A stretch of 64,000 bases of DNA from Thermoanaerobaculia bacterium (GTDB taxonomy: Bacteria; Acidobacteriota; Thermoanaerobaculia; UBA5066): assembly GCA_963816185.1 (NCBI GenBank), contig CAWFJJ010000008.1, forward strand, positions 32,001 through 96,000, in the 5' to 3' direction. The notes under the pieces are model-generated. The model saw nothing but the letters and a program-made list of their open reading frames with translations. It ran no database searches and was not told the DNA's origin. This document shows positions 21,301 through 31,018 of the stretch, in pieces. The position numbers and the translations under genes were made by a program. Every line of letters begins with the position of its first letter. Position 1 is the stretch's first letter.

Positions 21301-21837
21301 TCAGCCGGAGGGGCGTCTCCGGATCCCCGGGATAAATGGCGTGAGCACCCGAGGGATCGCCGCGAAGCTCGCGCCGCGCCGCGCGGCGACGAAACCGTAA
21401 GCGAGGGCGGCGGCCGCGGCGTCGGCGGCGTCGAGCGCCAGGCGGCGCCCGAGGAGAGCGCCGACCATGCGGCGCACCTGCTCCTTCTCGGCGCTGCCGG
21501 AACCCGCCACGGCGCGCTTGATCTCGGCGGGAGTCACCTCGGCAATCGGGATGCCGGCCTGAGCGAGCGCGAGAAGCAGAACGCCGCGCGCCTCTCCGAG
21601 GGCGATGAGGCTCTGGGGATTGACGCCGGAGAAGACGCGCTCGATGGCAGCGGTGTCCGGCCGGACGTCGGCAACGACCTCGGCGAGCGCACCGTGCAGG
21701 AAGGAAAGACGCTCGGCGAACGTGCCGTTCCGGGGCGGGCGAAGAACTCCGGCGGCGACGAAAGCGGGGGAGGGAGCGAAATCGACGACGGCCCAGCCCG
21801 CCGCCCGGCTTCCGGGGTCGACCCCGAGGATCTTCAT
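21301..21837 (-). CDS. ruvC: Holliday junction resolvase RuvC
   Basis: ILGVDPG, AIERVF, ARGV, IKRAVAG.G.A.KEQV and DAADA. Confidence 0.95.
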   Translation of the reverse strand: MKILGVDPGSRAAGWAVVDFAPSPAFVAAGVLRPPRNGTFAERLSFLHGALAEVVADVRPDTAAIERVFSGVNPQSLIALGEARGVLLLALAQAGIPIAEVTPAEIKRAVAGSGSAEKEQVRRMVGALLGRRLALDAADAAAAALAYGFVAARRGASFAAIPRVLTPFIPGIRRRPSG

Positions 21838-21851
21838 CGCGCTCTTACGGT

Positions 21852-22592
21852 CTACTCCGTCAGGTACTTCTCGTCGATGTTGCCGTTCGACCAGACCTTC
21901 TGGACATCATCGTTGTCCTCGATCATCTCGAGGAGCTTCACCAGCGCGGGACTCTTGTCGGCGACGTCGATCGTATTCTGCGGAACCATCTGGATTTCCG
22001 CCGTCTGGATCGGGATGTTCTTCGCCTCGACGGCGGCCTTCACGGCCTCGAGCGAGGCAGGGTCGGTGACGATCTCGAAGACGTCCGGATCCTCGGTCTT
22101 GAAGTCCTCGGCGCCCGACTCGAGCGCGAGCTCCATGAGGACATCTTCTTTCGCGGCGCTCTTTTCGACCGCGACGTAACCCTTCTTCGAAAACTGGAAG
22201 GCCACGGCGCCCGCGGCGGCCAGGTTGCCGCCGTATTTCGTGAGCAGGTGGCGGATCTCGGCGGTCGTGCGGTTCTTGTTGTCGGTCATCGCCTCGACGA
22301 GGATCGCGGCCCCGCCCGGCCCGTAGCCTTCATACGTGACTTCCTCGTATGTCACGCCTTCGAGCTCGCCCGTGCCGCGCTTGATCGCTCTGTCGATGTT
22401 GTCCGACGGCATCGACGCCTTTTTCGCGGCGAGGACCGCCGAGCGCAGGCGCGGATTCGACTCGATGATGCCGCCACCCACCTTGGCGGACATCGTGATT
22501 TCCTTGATCAGCTTCGTGAAGAGGTTCCCGCGCTTGGCGTCGGCGGCGCCCTTCTTGTGCTTGATCGTGCTCCACTTACTGTGACCGGACAT
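21852..22592 (-). CDS. yebC: YebC/PmpR family protein
   Basis: MSGHSKWSTIKHKKG, YEGYGPGG, TDNKNRT and DDVQKVW. Confidence 0.97.
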   Translation of the reverse strand: MSGHSKWSTIKHKKGAADAKRGNLFTKLIKEITMSAKVGGGIIESNPRLRSAVLAAKKASMPSDNIDRAIKRGTGELEGVTYEEVTYEGYGPGGAAILVEAMTDNKNRTTAEIRHLLTKYGGNLAAAGAVAFQFSKKGYVAVEKSAAKEDVLMELALESGAEDFKTEDPDVFEIVTDPASLEAVKAAVEAKNIPIQTAEIQMVPQNTIDVADKSPALVKLLEMIEDNDDVQKVWSNGNIDEKYLTE

Positions 22593-22624
22593 GACTCACC
22601 TCTGGGGCCTTCGGGGCGCGAAGT

Positions 22625-23971
22625 CTAGCAGGGATACCCCTCCAGGCGGCCGTCCCGTCCGGTCGGGAGGAGCCGCGCGAGGAGACGGCGGCCCGGGGCG
22701 TTTTCGCCCGGCGGAAGGCGAAGCCCCACGTCTAGATAGTGATCCGTGAGGCCCCGGTTTCCGCGCAGCGTGACGACGTCTGCCGTCGTCCCGGACGCAG
22801 ACGCGGCGAAGATGTCGGCCTTTTCCTCGCCGAGGCGGCGCAGAGCGCGCGTTCGTTCCGTGACGACCCGGGGCGGCAGAAGACTCGCCTGATGCCAGAC
22901 CGCGGCGTCGGTGCCGGAGCGCGGCGAGAACGGAAACACGTGGAGCGACGCGAAGGGCAGCTCTTCCACGAAGCGCCGCGTCTCCTCGAACTCGGCGTCC
23001 GTTTCGCCGGGGAAGCCGGCGATGAGGTCCGTCGCGAGGTGGAGGCGCGGATTCGCACGCACCGCGCGCGACGCGAGCGCGCGGTAGCGCTCCGGCACGA
23101 TGCCGCGGCGCATCCGCTTGAGGACGCCGAACGAGCCCGACTGGAGCGGGAGATGCAGGTGGGGGACGACGGCGCGCGAGGTGGCGACGAGGTCGACGAG
23201 GCCCTCGCCGGCCTCCATGGGCTCGAGCGAGGAGAGCCGGATTCGGCAGGGGGGCGGGTCGTCTTCGAGCCGCGCAAGGAGATCGACGAGCCGCGTCCCG
23301 CGGTCGTGGCCGAACGCGGCGAGATGGATCCCCGCGAGGACGACCTCGGGCACGCCCGCGTCTCCGAGGCGACGGACGGCGTCGAGGACGTCCTCGATCC
23401 GGGCGCTCCGCTCTTTTCCGCGCAGCGACGGCACGACACAGAACGCGCATCGGCGCTCGCAGCCGTCTTGGATCTTCAGGAACGCGCGCGTCCGGTCCGG
23501 ATCGAGGAGAGCCTCCGGCTGCCGCTCCGAAGCGGGCATCGCGAAGAGCGCGGCGCGAGCCGCCTCGCCGGTCGTGACGATCCGCTCGGGGAGGAGGCCG
23601 GCCTCGTGGGCGTCGAGGATCTCGGGCAACGCGTCCCGCGCGGCGAGAGACACCACGAGGTCCACCTCCGGCATCGCCGCGAGCGATGCGCCGCCTTTCT
23701 CGGCGAAGCAGCCGGTGACGACGAGCGTCGCGCCCGGGTTTTCGCGCCTCAGGCGGCGTACGAGGCGGCGGCCGTCGCGTTCGGCTCGATCCGTGACCGC
23801 GCAGCCGTGCACGAGGAGAACGTCCGCCTCGGCCGGTCCCTCGTCGCGGACCCCTCCGGCGAGGCGCGCGGCGGCCGCGGCGTCGATCCTGCTGACCTTG
23901 CAGCCGAGCGGCGCCGCAAAGACGCGGCGCGAGAGGAGGCGCGTGGTCCCGTTCGTTGACACGGCGGTCAC
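22625..23971 (-). CDS. mtaB: MiaB/MtaB-family radical SAM tRNA methylthiotransferase (MtaB-like)
   Basis: LGCKV, GCAVT, TGCFA, LKIQDGCERRCAFC, HLPLQSGS and GFPGET. Confidence 0.85.
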   Translation of the reverse strand: MTAVSTNGTTRLLSRRVFAAPLGCKVSRIDAAAAARLAGGVRDEGPAEADVLLVHGCAVTDRAERDGRRLVRRLRRENPGATLVVTGCFAEKGGASLAAMPEVDLVVSLAARDALPEILDAHEAGLLPERIVTTGEAARAALFAMPASERQPEALLDPDRTRAFLKIQDGCERRCAFCVVPSLRGKERSARIEDVLDAVRRLGDAGVPEVVLAGIHLAAFGHDRGTRLVDLLARLEDDPPPCRIRLSSLEPMEAGEGLVDLVATSRAVVPHLHLPLQSGSFGVLKRMRRGIVPERYRALASRAVRANPRLHLATDLIAGFPGETDAEFEETRRFVEELPFASLHVFPFSPRSGTDAAVWHQASLLPPRVVTERTRALRRLGEEKADIFAASASGTTADVVTLRGNRGLTDHYLDVGLRLPPGENAPGRRLLARLLPTGRDGRLEGYPC

Positions 23972-24046
23972 CCCGACGATAATAGATTCTTCCGAAAGGA
24001 GTTGTGCGCGCGGGCGGAGGCCTCGTCCTCCGTCCTCGCATCCGGC

Positions 24047-27000
24047 ATGAAGTTCCTTCTGATCGAGTACGAGCCGCGCTATCTCGAGCGGATCCGCCAA
24101 TACCTGGCGAGCCAGTCGCAGACCGTCGAGCTCGTGATCGGGCGCGATGGCGAGGAAGGGCTCGACCTGTATCGCAAGGCGCGTCCGGATCTCGTGCTCA
24201 TTTCCTCCGTGCTTCCGAAGGTCCGAACGCCCGATGTGATCAAGGGCATGCAGGCGACGGGCCCGACGCCGCCCATCCTCCTCATGATGTCCGGCTACAA
24301 GGGTCGCAACAAGCGTGCGGACGCGCAGCGCGTGGGCGCGACGAGCATCCTCGAGAAGCCGTTCTCGGAGGATGTCTTTCAGGCGGAGGTTGCGATGGCG
24401 CTGGGTCTCAGGCCCGGGATCGAGATGACGACTTCCCCGGGCCCGCCGAGCGATCCGGGCTCCCCTCTCCTCTCGGCCGACGACATCTTCTCGGACGTCC
24501 TGACGGGGCTCGGTGAGGCGCCGCCCGTGAAGCCCGTCTCCCGCGAGATGCCGGTGCCGAGCTCGGTCGAGAAGCGCCTGCACGACACGCTCTCGGGGCT
24601 CATGCCCCCGCCGAAGCGACCGGCGAGCGGATCCGGCGCTCCGTTTCCCTCGGCCGAACGGAGCGACCGACCTGTCGAGCGCACGGCGCGCGTGAACGTC
24701 GCCGAGGCGATGGCGAGCCTCACCGCCCGTCCGCATCAGACGCCGCGCTCCGGCGAATCGGCGGCCCGGGGCATCTCCTCCGTCGACAAGCTCCTGCACG
24801 ACACGCTCTCGGGGCTCATGCCCCCTCCGAAGACGACGGTGGCCGCTCCTCCGTCACGCCCGAGGGAGATCTCGCGCGAGGTCTCGGGAGAGACGCTTCG
24901 GATGAAGGTGTCCCCGGTCCCGCCGCCTGTTCCGCCCGCACCGCCCCCGATGAAGCGGCCGGGTGACACGACCCGTCCGGTCGCCGCCGCGCGTCCCGCC
25001 TCGTCGCCGGGGGCGTTCGGGCGCTATCAGCTCCTCGAGAAGATCGGCGCGGGCGGTATGGCCGAGGTCTTCAAAGCGCGCATGAAAGGCGAGCAGGGCT
25101 TCGAGAAGATCGTCGCGATCAAGCGCATCGTGCCGCACATGGCGACGAACGCCGAGTTCGTGACGATGTTCGTCGACGAGGCGAAGCTCGCGGCTCAGCT
25201 CAACCACAACAACATCACGCACATCTACGATCTCGGGAAGGTCGACGCCTGGCACTACATCGCCATGGAGTACGTCGACGGCAAGGACCTGCGCACGCTC
25301 CTGAAGCTCGGGAAGGAAAGGGGCTTTCCTCTGCCCGCCGAGCTCGCGCTCTTCATCGCCGCGAAGATCGCGAACGCGCTCGACTACGCGCACCGCCGGC
25401 CGGCCCCGGACGGCAGCGAGCTCAACCTCGTGCACCGCGACGTCTCCCCGCAGAACATCCTCATCAGCGACGAGGGCGACATCAAGCTCTGCGACTTCGG
25501 GATCGCGAAGGCCGCGAGCAAGGTGTCGACGACGATGTCGGGCGCGCTGAAGGGGAAGCTGCAGTACATGTCGCCCGAGCAGGCCTGGGGCAAGAGACTC
25601 GACCGCCGAAGCGACATCTTCTCTCTCGGCTCGGTGCTCTACGAGATGCTGACGGGCGCGCCTCTTTTCGAGGGCGACACGGACATGTCCGTTCTCGAGA
25701 GCGTACGGGAAGGCGAGGTCGCGCCCCCCACGTCCCGCGGCGTCGAGGTGCCGAAGCGCGTGGATCAGATCGTCCTCAAGGCGCTCGCGAAGAATCCCCA
25801 GGAGCGCTACCAGAACGCGTCGGAGTTCGAGAAAGACCTGCACGCGGTGCTCTACACGTACCAGCCCTCGCCCGGGCCCGCCGATCTCGCGATTTACATG
25901 CACCGCCTCCTCGAGGCCCCGCCGGCTTCGGACGACGAGATCGACGCCGCCTTCGACGCGGCGCGCGACATGCCCCGCCCGGCCGCGCCGTCGGTCCCCG
26001 TTTCGGGGGTTCCTCCGAAGAAAGGGAAGGGCCTCGTCATCGCGAAGGCGCACACCGGCGATGTCACGCGGCCGTCGCTGCCGTCTCCCGCGCCGCTTCC
26101 CGTGCCGGCGCCCCGCCGCGCAATGGGAGAAAGCGCGGCCGCGCCCGTACTCCCCGCCGCGGGCGAGTCGAAGAAGAGCCGGACCGGGCTCTTCGCCGGG
26201 ATCGGCATCGCGGCGGCGGTGCTCGTCGCCGGCGCGCTCTTCGTGACGAAGGACCGCTGGTCGGGCGCAAAACCGGCTGTCACGGCGCCGGCGCCGAAGA
26301 CGGAGACTCCGGCGACGAGCGCCTCCTCCGCCGCATCCGCGGCACCCTCGCCGGCGCTCCTTGCGGCCGAGCCGGCGAAGATCGTCGACCCGAAGGCCGT
26401 CGAGGCCGAGGCAAGGCGTCTCACGGCCGAGCGCGAGAAGGCGCTGCGCGATGCGGCGGCCAAGCAGCTCGCCGCGACGGGGAAGCCCGCGACCGCATCG
26501 GCCCAACCACCGGCCGTCCTGGGGCTCGCGCCCGTGAAGCCTGCCGAGCCCCCGCGCGCCGCTGACGCCGGCACCGCCTCGGTTCCCGCTCCGAAAGCCG
26601 CCGAGCCTTCCACGGCAGCGGTCGTGCGCGCGCCGGAGACAGTTGCCGAGGCGGCTCCGAAGCCTACGCTGCCGCCGCCCGCCGAGGTCACCCTCCCCGA
26701 GAAGCCCCCCGTGATCCCCGCCGCGTCGAACACGCCGGTTTCGGAAGGCGACCTCGTGGGACCCGGTGAGGGTGTCGTGGAGCCGCGCCTCGTGCGCCTC
26801 GGGAGCCTGGGCAATCTCCCGCCGGAGGCGCGCGAGGTCAGACGCGGGAACGACGGCTCCATCGGAACGCCGATCCTCATGGCGCTCGTGGACGAGCGCG
26901 GCAGCGTCGTGCAGGTCCGGGTCATCAAGCCGTCGCGCTACAAGTTCGTCGACGAGGCCGCCGTGCACGCGTTGAAGGGTGCGACAATCCAGCCCGCGAC

Positions 27001-27058
27001 GAAGGATGGCGTGAAGGTGAAGATGTGGAAAACCTTCCCCATCAACCTGAAGCTCTGA
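24047..27058 (+). CDS. Receiver-like domain, Hanks Ser/Thr kinase, TM helix and C-terminal TonB domain
   Basis: N-terminal REC fold (PDLVL..LEKPF). Kinase GAGGMAEV, VAIK, HRDVSPQN, DFG, YMSPEQ. TM GIGIAAAVLVAG. TonB-C VDERG.V..A..A...PATKDG..V. Confidence 0.9.
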   Translation: MKFLLIEYEPRYLERIRQYLASQSQTVELVIGRDGEEGLDLYRKARPDLVLISSVLPKVRTPDVIKGMQATGPTPPILLMMSGYKGRNKRADAQRVGATSILEKPFSEDVFQAEVAMALGLRPGIEMTTSPGPPSDPGSPLLSADDIFSDVLTGLGEAPPVKPVSREMPVPSSVEKRLHDTLSGLMPPPKRPASGSGAPFPSAERSDRPVERTARVNVAEAMASLTARPHQTPRSGESAARGISSVDKLLHDTLSGLMPPPKTTVAAPPSRPREISREVSGETLRMKVSPVPPPVPPAPPPMKRPGDTTRPVAAARPASSPGAFGRYQLLEKIGAGGMAEVFKARMKGEQGFEKIVAIKRIVPHMATNAEFVTMFVDEAKLAAQLNHNNITHIYDLGKVDAWHYIAMEYVDGKDLRTLLKLGKERGFPLPAELALFIAAKIANALDYAHRRPAPDGSELNLVHRDVSPQNILISDEGDIKLCDFGIAKAASKVSTTMSGALKGKLQYMSPEQAWGKRLDRRSDIFSLGSVLYEMLTGAPLFEGDTDMSVLESVREGEVAPPTSRGVEVPKRVDQIVLKALAKNPQERYQNASEFEKDLHAVLYTYQPSPGPADLAIYMHRLLEAPPASDDEIDAAFDAARDMPRPAAPSVPVSGVPPKKGKGLVIAKAHTGDVTRPSLPSPAPLPVPAPRRAMGESAAAPVLPAAGESKKSRTGLFAGIGIAAAVLVAGALFVTKDRWSGAKPAVTAPAPKTETPATSASSAASAAPSPALLAAEPAKIVDPKAVEAEARRLTAEREKALRDAAAKQLAATGKPATASAQPPAVLGLAPVKPAEPPRAADAGTASVPAPKAAEPSTAAVVRAPETVAEAAPKPTLPPPAEVTLPEKPPVIPAASNTPVSEGDLVGPGEGVVEPRLVRLGSLGNLPPEAREVRRGNDGSIGTPILMALVDERGSVVQVRVIKPSRYKFVDEAAVHALKGATIQPATKDGVKVKMWKTFPINLKL
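24577..24825 (+). repeat. 33-bp exact direct repeat in the kinase linker (peptide LHDTLSGLMPP twice)
   Basis: CCTGCACGACACGCTCTCGGGGCTCATGCCCCC at 24577-24609 and 24793-24825. Confidence 0.9.
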
Positions 27059-27089
27059 TCCCGTCAAGCGGGATTTTCGAGGAGAACGC

Positions 27090-27311
27090 ATGAGCCTTTC
27101 CGACGAACAGAGAAAGTTCTACGAGAACACGCTCAAGGTGACGAAGGTCGAAATCGACCAGCTTGAGGGGGAGATCCAGGCCGAGCTCGCGAAGGTCAAG
27201 GAACGGCTCGCGGACCTCCAGAACGCGCAGAAAGCGGCGCGTCAGATGTACGGGGCGGCGTGCCTCAGGCTCGGAATTTCGAACGACCTCGAGGAAGCCG
27301 AGGAACCCTGA
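27090..27311 (+). CDS. Small coiled-coil hypothetical protein (73 aa)
   Basis: GAGGAG RBS, host-like codon usage, heptad-like pattern. Confidence 0.8.
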   Translation: MSLSDEQRKFYENTLKVTKVEIDQLEGEIQAELAKVKERLADLQNAQKAARQMYGAACLRLGISNDLEEAEEP

Positions 27312-28141
27312 TCCGCGTCTTCGGTCTTCTCTCCCTCGGTCTCGCGCTTCTCGCTTCTCCGGCCCCGACCCGATCACCGGCCGCGCCTCGGCGCATCGTC
27401 GCTCTCGCTCCCTCCGCGGCCGAGATTCTGTTTGCGCTCGGGGCCGCGCCGCGCGTCGTCGGCGTTTCCGATTTCGCCGACGATCTCCCCGAAGCCGCCG
27501 GGAAAGCGCGCGTCGGGGGCTTCGCGCCGGATCTCGAACGCGTCGTCTCTCTCTCGCCGGATCTCGTCGTCGTCTCGAAGGACGGCACCGATCGCGCCGC
27601 GTACGAAAAGCTCGCGTCCCTGGGGCTCCCGGTCGTCGTGACGAGCGGAACGACGCTCTCCGGCATTCTCGAGGACGTGACCCGCGTGGGGCACGCTCTC
27701 GGTGACGACGACCGCGCCCGGGCTCTCGTGCAAACCCTCACGAAGCGCATCGCCGCGGCGGAGGCTCTCGGGCGCACCCGTCCGAGGATGCGGGCCCTCG
27801 CGCTCATCTGGCCGGATCCTCCCGTGGCGGCCGGCGCGGGCACGTTCATCGGAGACGTCGTAGCGCGCGCGGGGTTCGCGAACGTCGTGCCGGAATCCGC
27901 GGGCGATTGGCCGCGCGTCTCGTTCGAGACCCTCGCCGCATGGAATCCCGACCTCGTGATCCGCCCCGAGACTCCGGAGAACGCCGAGGTGTTCGCGCAC
28001 GCGTTCTCTGACGCGCGCTGGCGTCTCGTCAGGGCGGTGAGCGACGGTCGCGTCGTCGTGCTGCCCGGGAACCTTCTCGAGCGGCCGGGCCCGCGCCTCG
28101 TCGAGGCGCTCGAGCGGCTCGCGGCGGTGCGCGTGCCGTGA
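27308..28141 (+). CDS. Cobalamin/iron-siderophore ABC transporter substrate-binding protein (BtuF-like)
   Basis: Signal peptide, RIVALAPSAAEIL, PDLERV.SL.PDLV and RPGPRL. Start probably CTG at 27308. Confidence 0.88.
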   Translation: MIRVFGLLSLGLALLASPAPTRSPAAPRRIVALAPSAAEILFALGAAPRVVGVSDFADDLPEAAGKARVGGFAPDLERVVSLSPDLVVVSKDGTDRAAYEKLASLGLPVVVTSGTTLSGILEDVTRVGHALGDDDRARALVQTLTKRIAAAEALGRTRPRMRALALIWPDPPVAAGAGTFIGDVVARAGFANVVPESAGDWPRVSFETLAAWNPDLVIRPETPENAEVFAHAFSDARWRLVRAVSDGRVVVLPGNLLERPGPRLVEALERLAAVRVP

Positions 28142-29151
28142 CGTCCCGCCGCCCGGCGCTCGTGTGGGGGATCGCTCTCCTCGTCGTGCTCGCCGCCGCG
28201 CTTGGCGCGTCGCTCCTTCTCGGAAGCGTCGCGCTCGGACCCGGTGCCGTGTTCCGGGCGCTTCTCGGCGTCGGCGACGCTTCGACGGTCTCGATCGTGC
28301 GCGATCTCCGGCTCCCTCGAGCGCTCCTCGCCGTGCTCGTGGGCGGCGCGCTCGCGCTCTCGGGCGCGGCGCTCCAGGCGCTGCTCGGAAATCCTCTCGC
28401 CGACCCGTATCTCCTCGGCGTCTCCGGCGGCGCCGCGTGCGGGACGCTCGTGGGCTCGCTGCTCGGCCTCGGAGCTTCGGTGGGCGCACGCTCCGGCGTC
28501 CTCGACTCTCTCGCGCTGCCCCTCGCCGCGTTTCTCGGCGCCCTCGCGGCCGTTCTCGTCGTCGGGCTGGGCGCTTCCGCCGGAGGCCGGCTGGACCGTG
28601 GGCGGCTCCTTCTCTCGGGCGTCGTCGTGAACGCGCTCGCGTCGGCCGTGCTCCTTTTCCTCCTCTCCTTCGGCGACGCCTCGCGGTCGCGGACGTTCGT
28701 CTTCTGGATGCTCGGCTCGCTCGCGGGCGCCACACCGGGCGCGATCCTCGCCTTGTCGGTCTACGCGGCGCTCGGCCTCGCGTTGCTCCTTCCGCTCGCG
28801 CGCGCGTTCGACGCGCTCACCCTGGGAGAGGAGACCGCCGCGACGCTCGGGATCCGCGTCGAAACCGCGAAGCGCACGGCCTATCTCGCCGCCTCGCTCC
28901 TCGCCGCGGCGGCGGTGGCCTACGCGGGAATCATCGGGTTCGTGGGCCTTCTCGTCCCGCACGCCGTCCGCCGCATCACGCGCTCGCACCGCGCGCTGCT
29001 CCTCCTCTCCTTTCTCGGAGGCGCCCTCCTCCTCGTCGTGTCGGATGTCGCCGCGCGTTCGCTCTTCGCTCCCGCAGAAATCTCGGTGGGCGCCATCACG
29101 GCCCTCCTCGGGGCGCCGGCATTTCTTCTTCTCCTGAGGGCGCGACCGTGA
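28138..29151 (+). CDS. FecCD/BtuC family ABC permease
   Basis: LRLPR, NPLADPYLLG.SGGA, LGEETA..LG and FVGLLVPH. Confidence 0.92.
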   Translation: MTSRRPALVWGIALLVVLAAALGASLLLGSVALGPGAVFRALLGVGDASTVSIVRDLRLPRALLAVLVGGALALSGAALQALLGNPLADPYLLGVSGGAACGTLVGSLLGLGASVGARSGVLDSLALPLAAFLGALAAVLVVGLGASAGGRLDRGRLLLSGVVVNALASAVLLFLLSFGDASRSRTFVFWMLGSLAGATPGAILALSVYAALGLALLLPLARAFDALTLGEETAATLGIRVETAKRTAYLAASLLAAAAVAYAGIIGFVGLLVPHAVRRITRSHRALLLLSFLGGALLLVVSDVAARSLFAPAEISVGAITALLGAPAFLLLLRARP

Positions 29152-29934
29152 CCGGCGCCGCTCGCCGCCGAGGCGCTGGCCGCCGGATACGGCCCGCGCG
29201 ACGTCCTCGAGGACGTGACGTGGACGTTCGAGACGGGCCGCGTCACCGCGCTGCTCGGCGAGAACGGCGCGGGGAAGTCGACGCTCCTGAAGGTGCTCGC
29301 CGGGATCGTGCCCGTGCGGCGCGGGACCGTCCGACTCGGCGGGCGTCCCCTGTCCGGGATTCCGCGGCGCGAGGCCGCGCGTGCGATCGGCTATCTCCCG
29401 CAGGGCTTCGAGCCGCTCTTCCCGATTCTCGCCCGGGATCTCGTCCTCCTGGGCCGAACTCCGTGGCGGACGGCATTCGGCGCGCCCTCGGCGCGAGACC
29501 GCGCGGCCGTCGAGTCCTCGCTGGCCGAGATGGACGCCCTCACGCTCGCCGAGACCGATCTCGGCGCGATGAGCGGCGGCGAGCGCCAGCGGGTCCTGCT
29601 CGCGCGAGTCCTGGCCGGCGAGCCTGAGGTCCTCCTCCTGGACGAGCCGACCGCGAACCTCGATCCGCGCCACCGGTTTCTCGTGATCGACGCGATGCGG
29701 AGCCGCGCGGACCATGGAGGCGCGGTCGTCTTCTCCACGCACGAGCTGGACGTCGCCACGACGGGCGCCGACGACGCGCTGCTCCTCTCGGGCGGCCGCG
29801 TGCTCGCGGCCGGCTCTCTCGTCGAGACGCTCACCGAGCCCCTCTTGTCCGAGCTCTTCTCCGTCGCGGCCTGCATCACGCCCGGCGCGGGCGGACGGCC
29901 GATCGTCTCTCTCGGTCCCGCGCGGGCGAGCTAA
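29148..29934 (+). CDS. FecE/BtuD-like ABC ATPase; probable 1-nt indel just after the start
   Basis: GENGAGKST, MSGGERQR, LLDEPT. The GTG at 29148 is out of frame with the body by 1 nt. Confidence 0.88.
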
Positions 29935-29952
29935 GATCCCCGGTTCTTGGCG

Positions 29953-30807
29953 ATGTGGTTTCGAAAGGACAAGATTCCGCGCGCTCCACGCGATCCGAAG
30001 ACGAGCTCTTCGCTGGGCGAAGGCCTGTTCCTGAAATGCGACGGATGCCGGGAGGCGCTTTACCTGAAGGAAGTCGAGCGCAATCTCCGCGTGTGCCCGA
30101 AGTGCGGCTTCCATTTCCGGATGTCGGCGGCCGAGCGAATGCGGCTCTTGCTCGGGGAAGCGGGCGGCCAGCCGCTCTTCGCCGACGTCCGGCCCACGGA
30201 CCCGCTCAAGTTCAAGGACAGCAAGCGCTATCGCGACCGCCTGAAGGAATCCGAGGCGAAGACGGGGCGGCCCGACGCGATTCTCACGGCGAGGGGCACG
30301 ATCGAGGACGTCCCGGCCATCGTCGCGATTCTCGATTACGCGTTCATGGGCGGCTCGATGGGCTCGGTCGTGGGCGAGGTTCTGACGCGAGCGGCCGAGC
30401 AGGCGCTCGCCGAGCGAGTCCCGCTCGTGATCGTGACGGCGTCCGGCGGCGCGCGCATGCAGGAGGGGATTCTCTCCCTCATGCAGATGGGAAAAGTCTC
30501 CGCGTCGCTCGCGCGTCTCGGCGCCGCGCGCGTGCCGTACGTCGCGGTTCTCACGGACCCGACGACGGGAGGCGTCACGGCGTCCTTCGCGATGCTCGGG
30601 GACGTCACGCTCGCCGAGCCGAAGGCGCTCATCGGCTTCGCGGGCCCGCGCGTCATCGAGCAGACGATCCGACAGACGCTGCCCGAAGGCTTCCAGAGGT
30701 CGGAGTTCCTCCAGGAGCACGGCTTCGTGGACATCGTCGTGCAGCGCGCCGACATGCGCGCGACCGTCGCGCGCGTCCTGCGGCTGCTGTCGAGCCCAGC
30801 GGCTTGA
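29953..30807 (+). CDS. accD: Acetyl-CoA carboxylase carboxyltransferase beta subunit
   Basis: Zn finger CDGC..CPKC, FMGGSMG, SGGARMQEG, PTTGGV and GFAGPRVI. Confidence 0.97.
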   Translation: MWFRKDKIPRAPRDPKTSSSLGEGLFLKCDGCREALYLKEVERNLRVCPKCGFHFRMSAAERMRLLLGEAGGQPLFADVRPTDPLKFKDSKRYRDRLKESEAKTGRPDAILTARGTIEDVPAIVAILDYAFMGGSMGSVVGEVLTRAAEQALAERVPLVIVTASGGARMQEGILSLMQMGKVSASLARLGAARVPYVAVLTDPTTGGVTASFAMLGDVTLAEPKALIGFAGPRVIEQTIRQTLPEGFQRSEFLQEHGFVDIVVQRADMRATVARVLRLLSSPAA

Positions 30808-30816
30808 GTTTGGTCC

Positions 30817-31008
30817 GAAGAGGTTTCTTTCTTAGATGTGGCGGCTGCTGATACGGCAGCTCGGGGGAAGAGGGATTTCTTTCTCATATGCGGCGGCTGC
30901 TGATGCAGCCGCCGATAGACGAGAAATCTTTCTCTCGAACTCCCGGAGTCGAGGGCGCGCTTCGCGCGCCGCATAGCGGTCGAAGACCCTTGACGCCGGG
31001 AGTTCGAG
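30817..31008. other. Highly structured intergenic element (tandem ~45-bp repeat plus two long hairpins); candidate ncRNA or REP/MITE
   Basis: Perfect 10-bp stem 30891-30914 and perfect 13-bp stem 30934-30946/30996-31008, the latter enclosing a multibranch loop. Confidence 0.55.
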
Positions 31009-31018
31009 GAATATCCGA

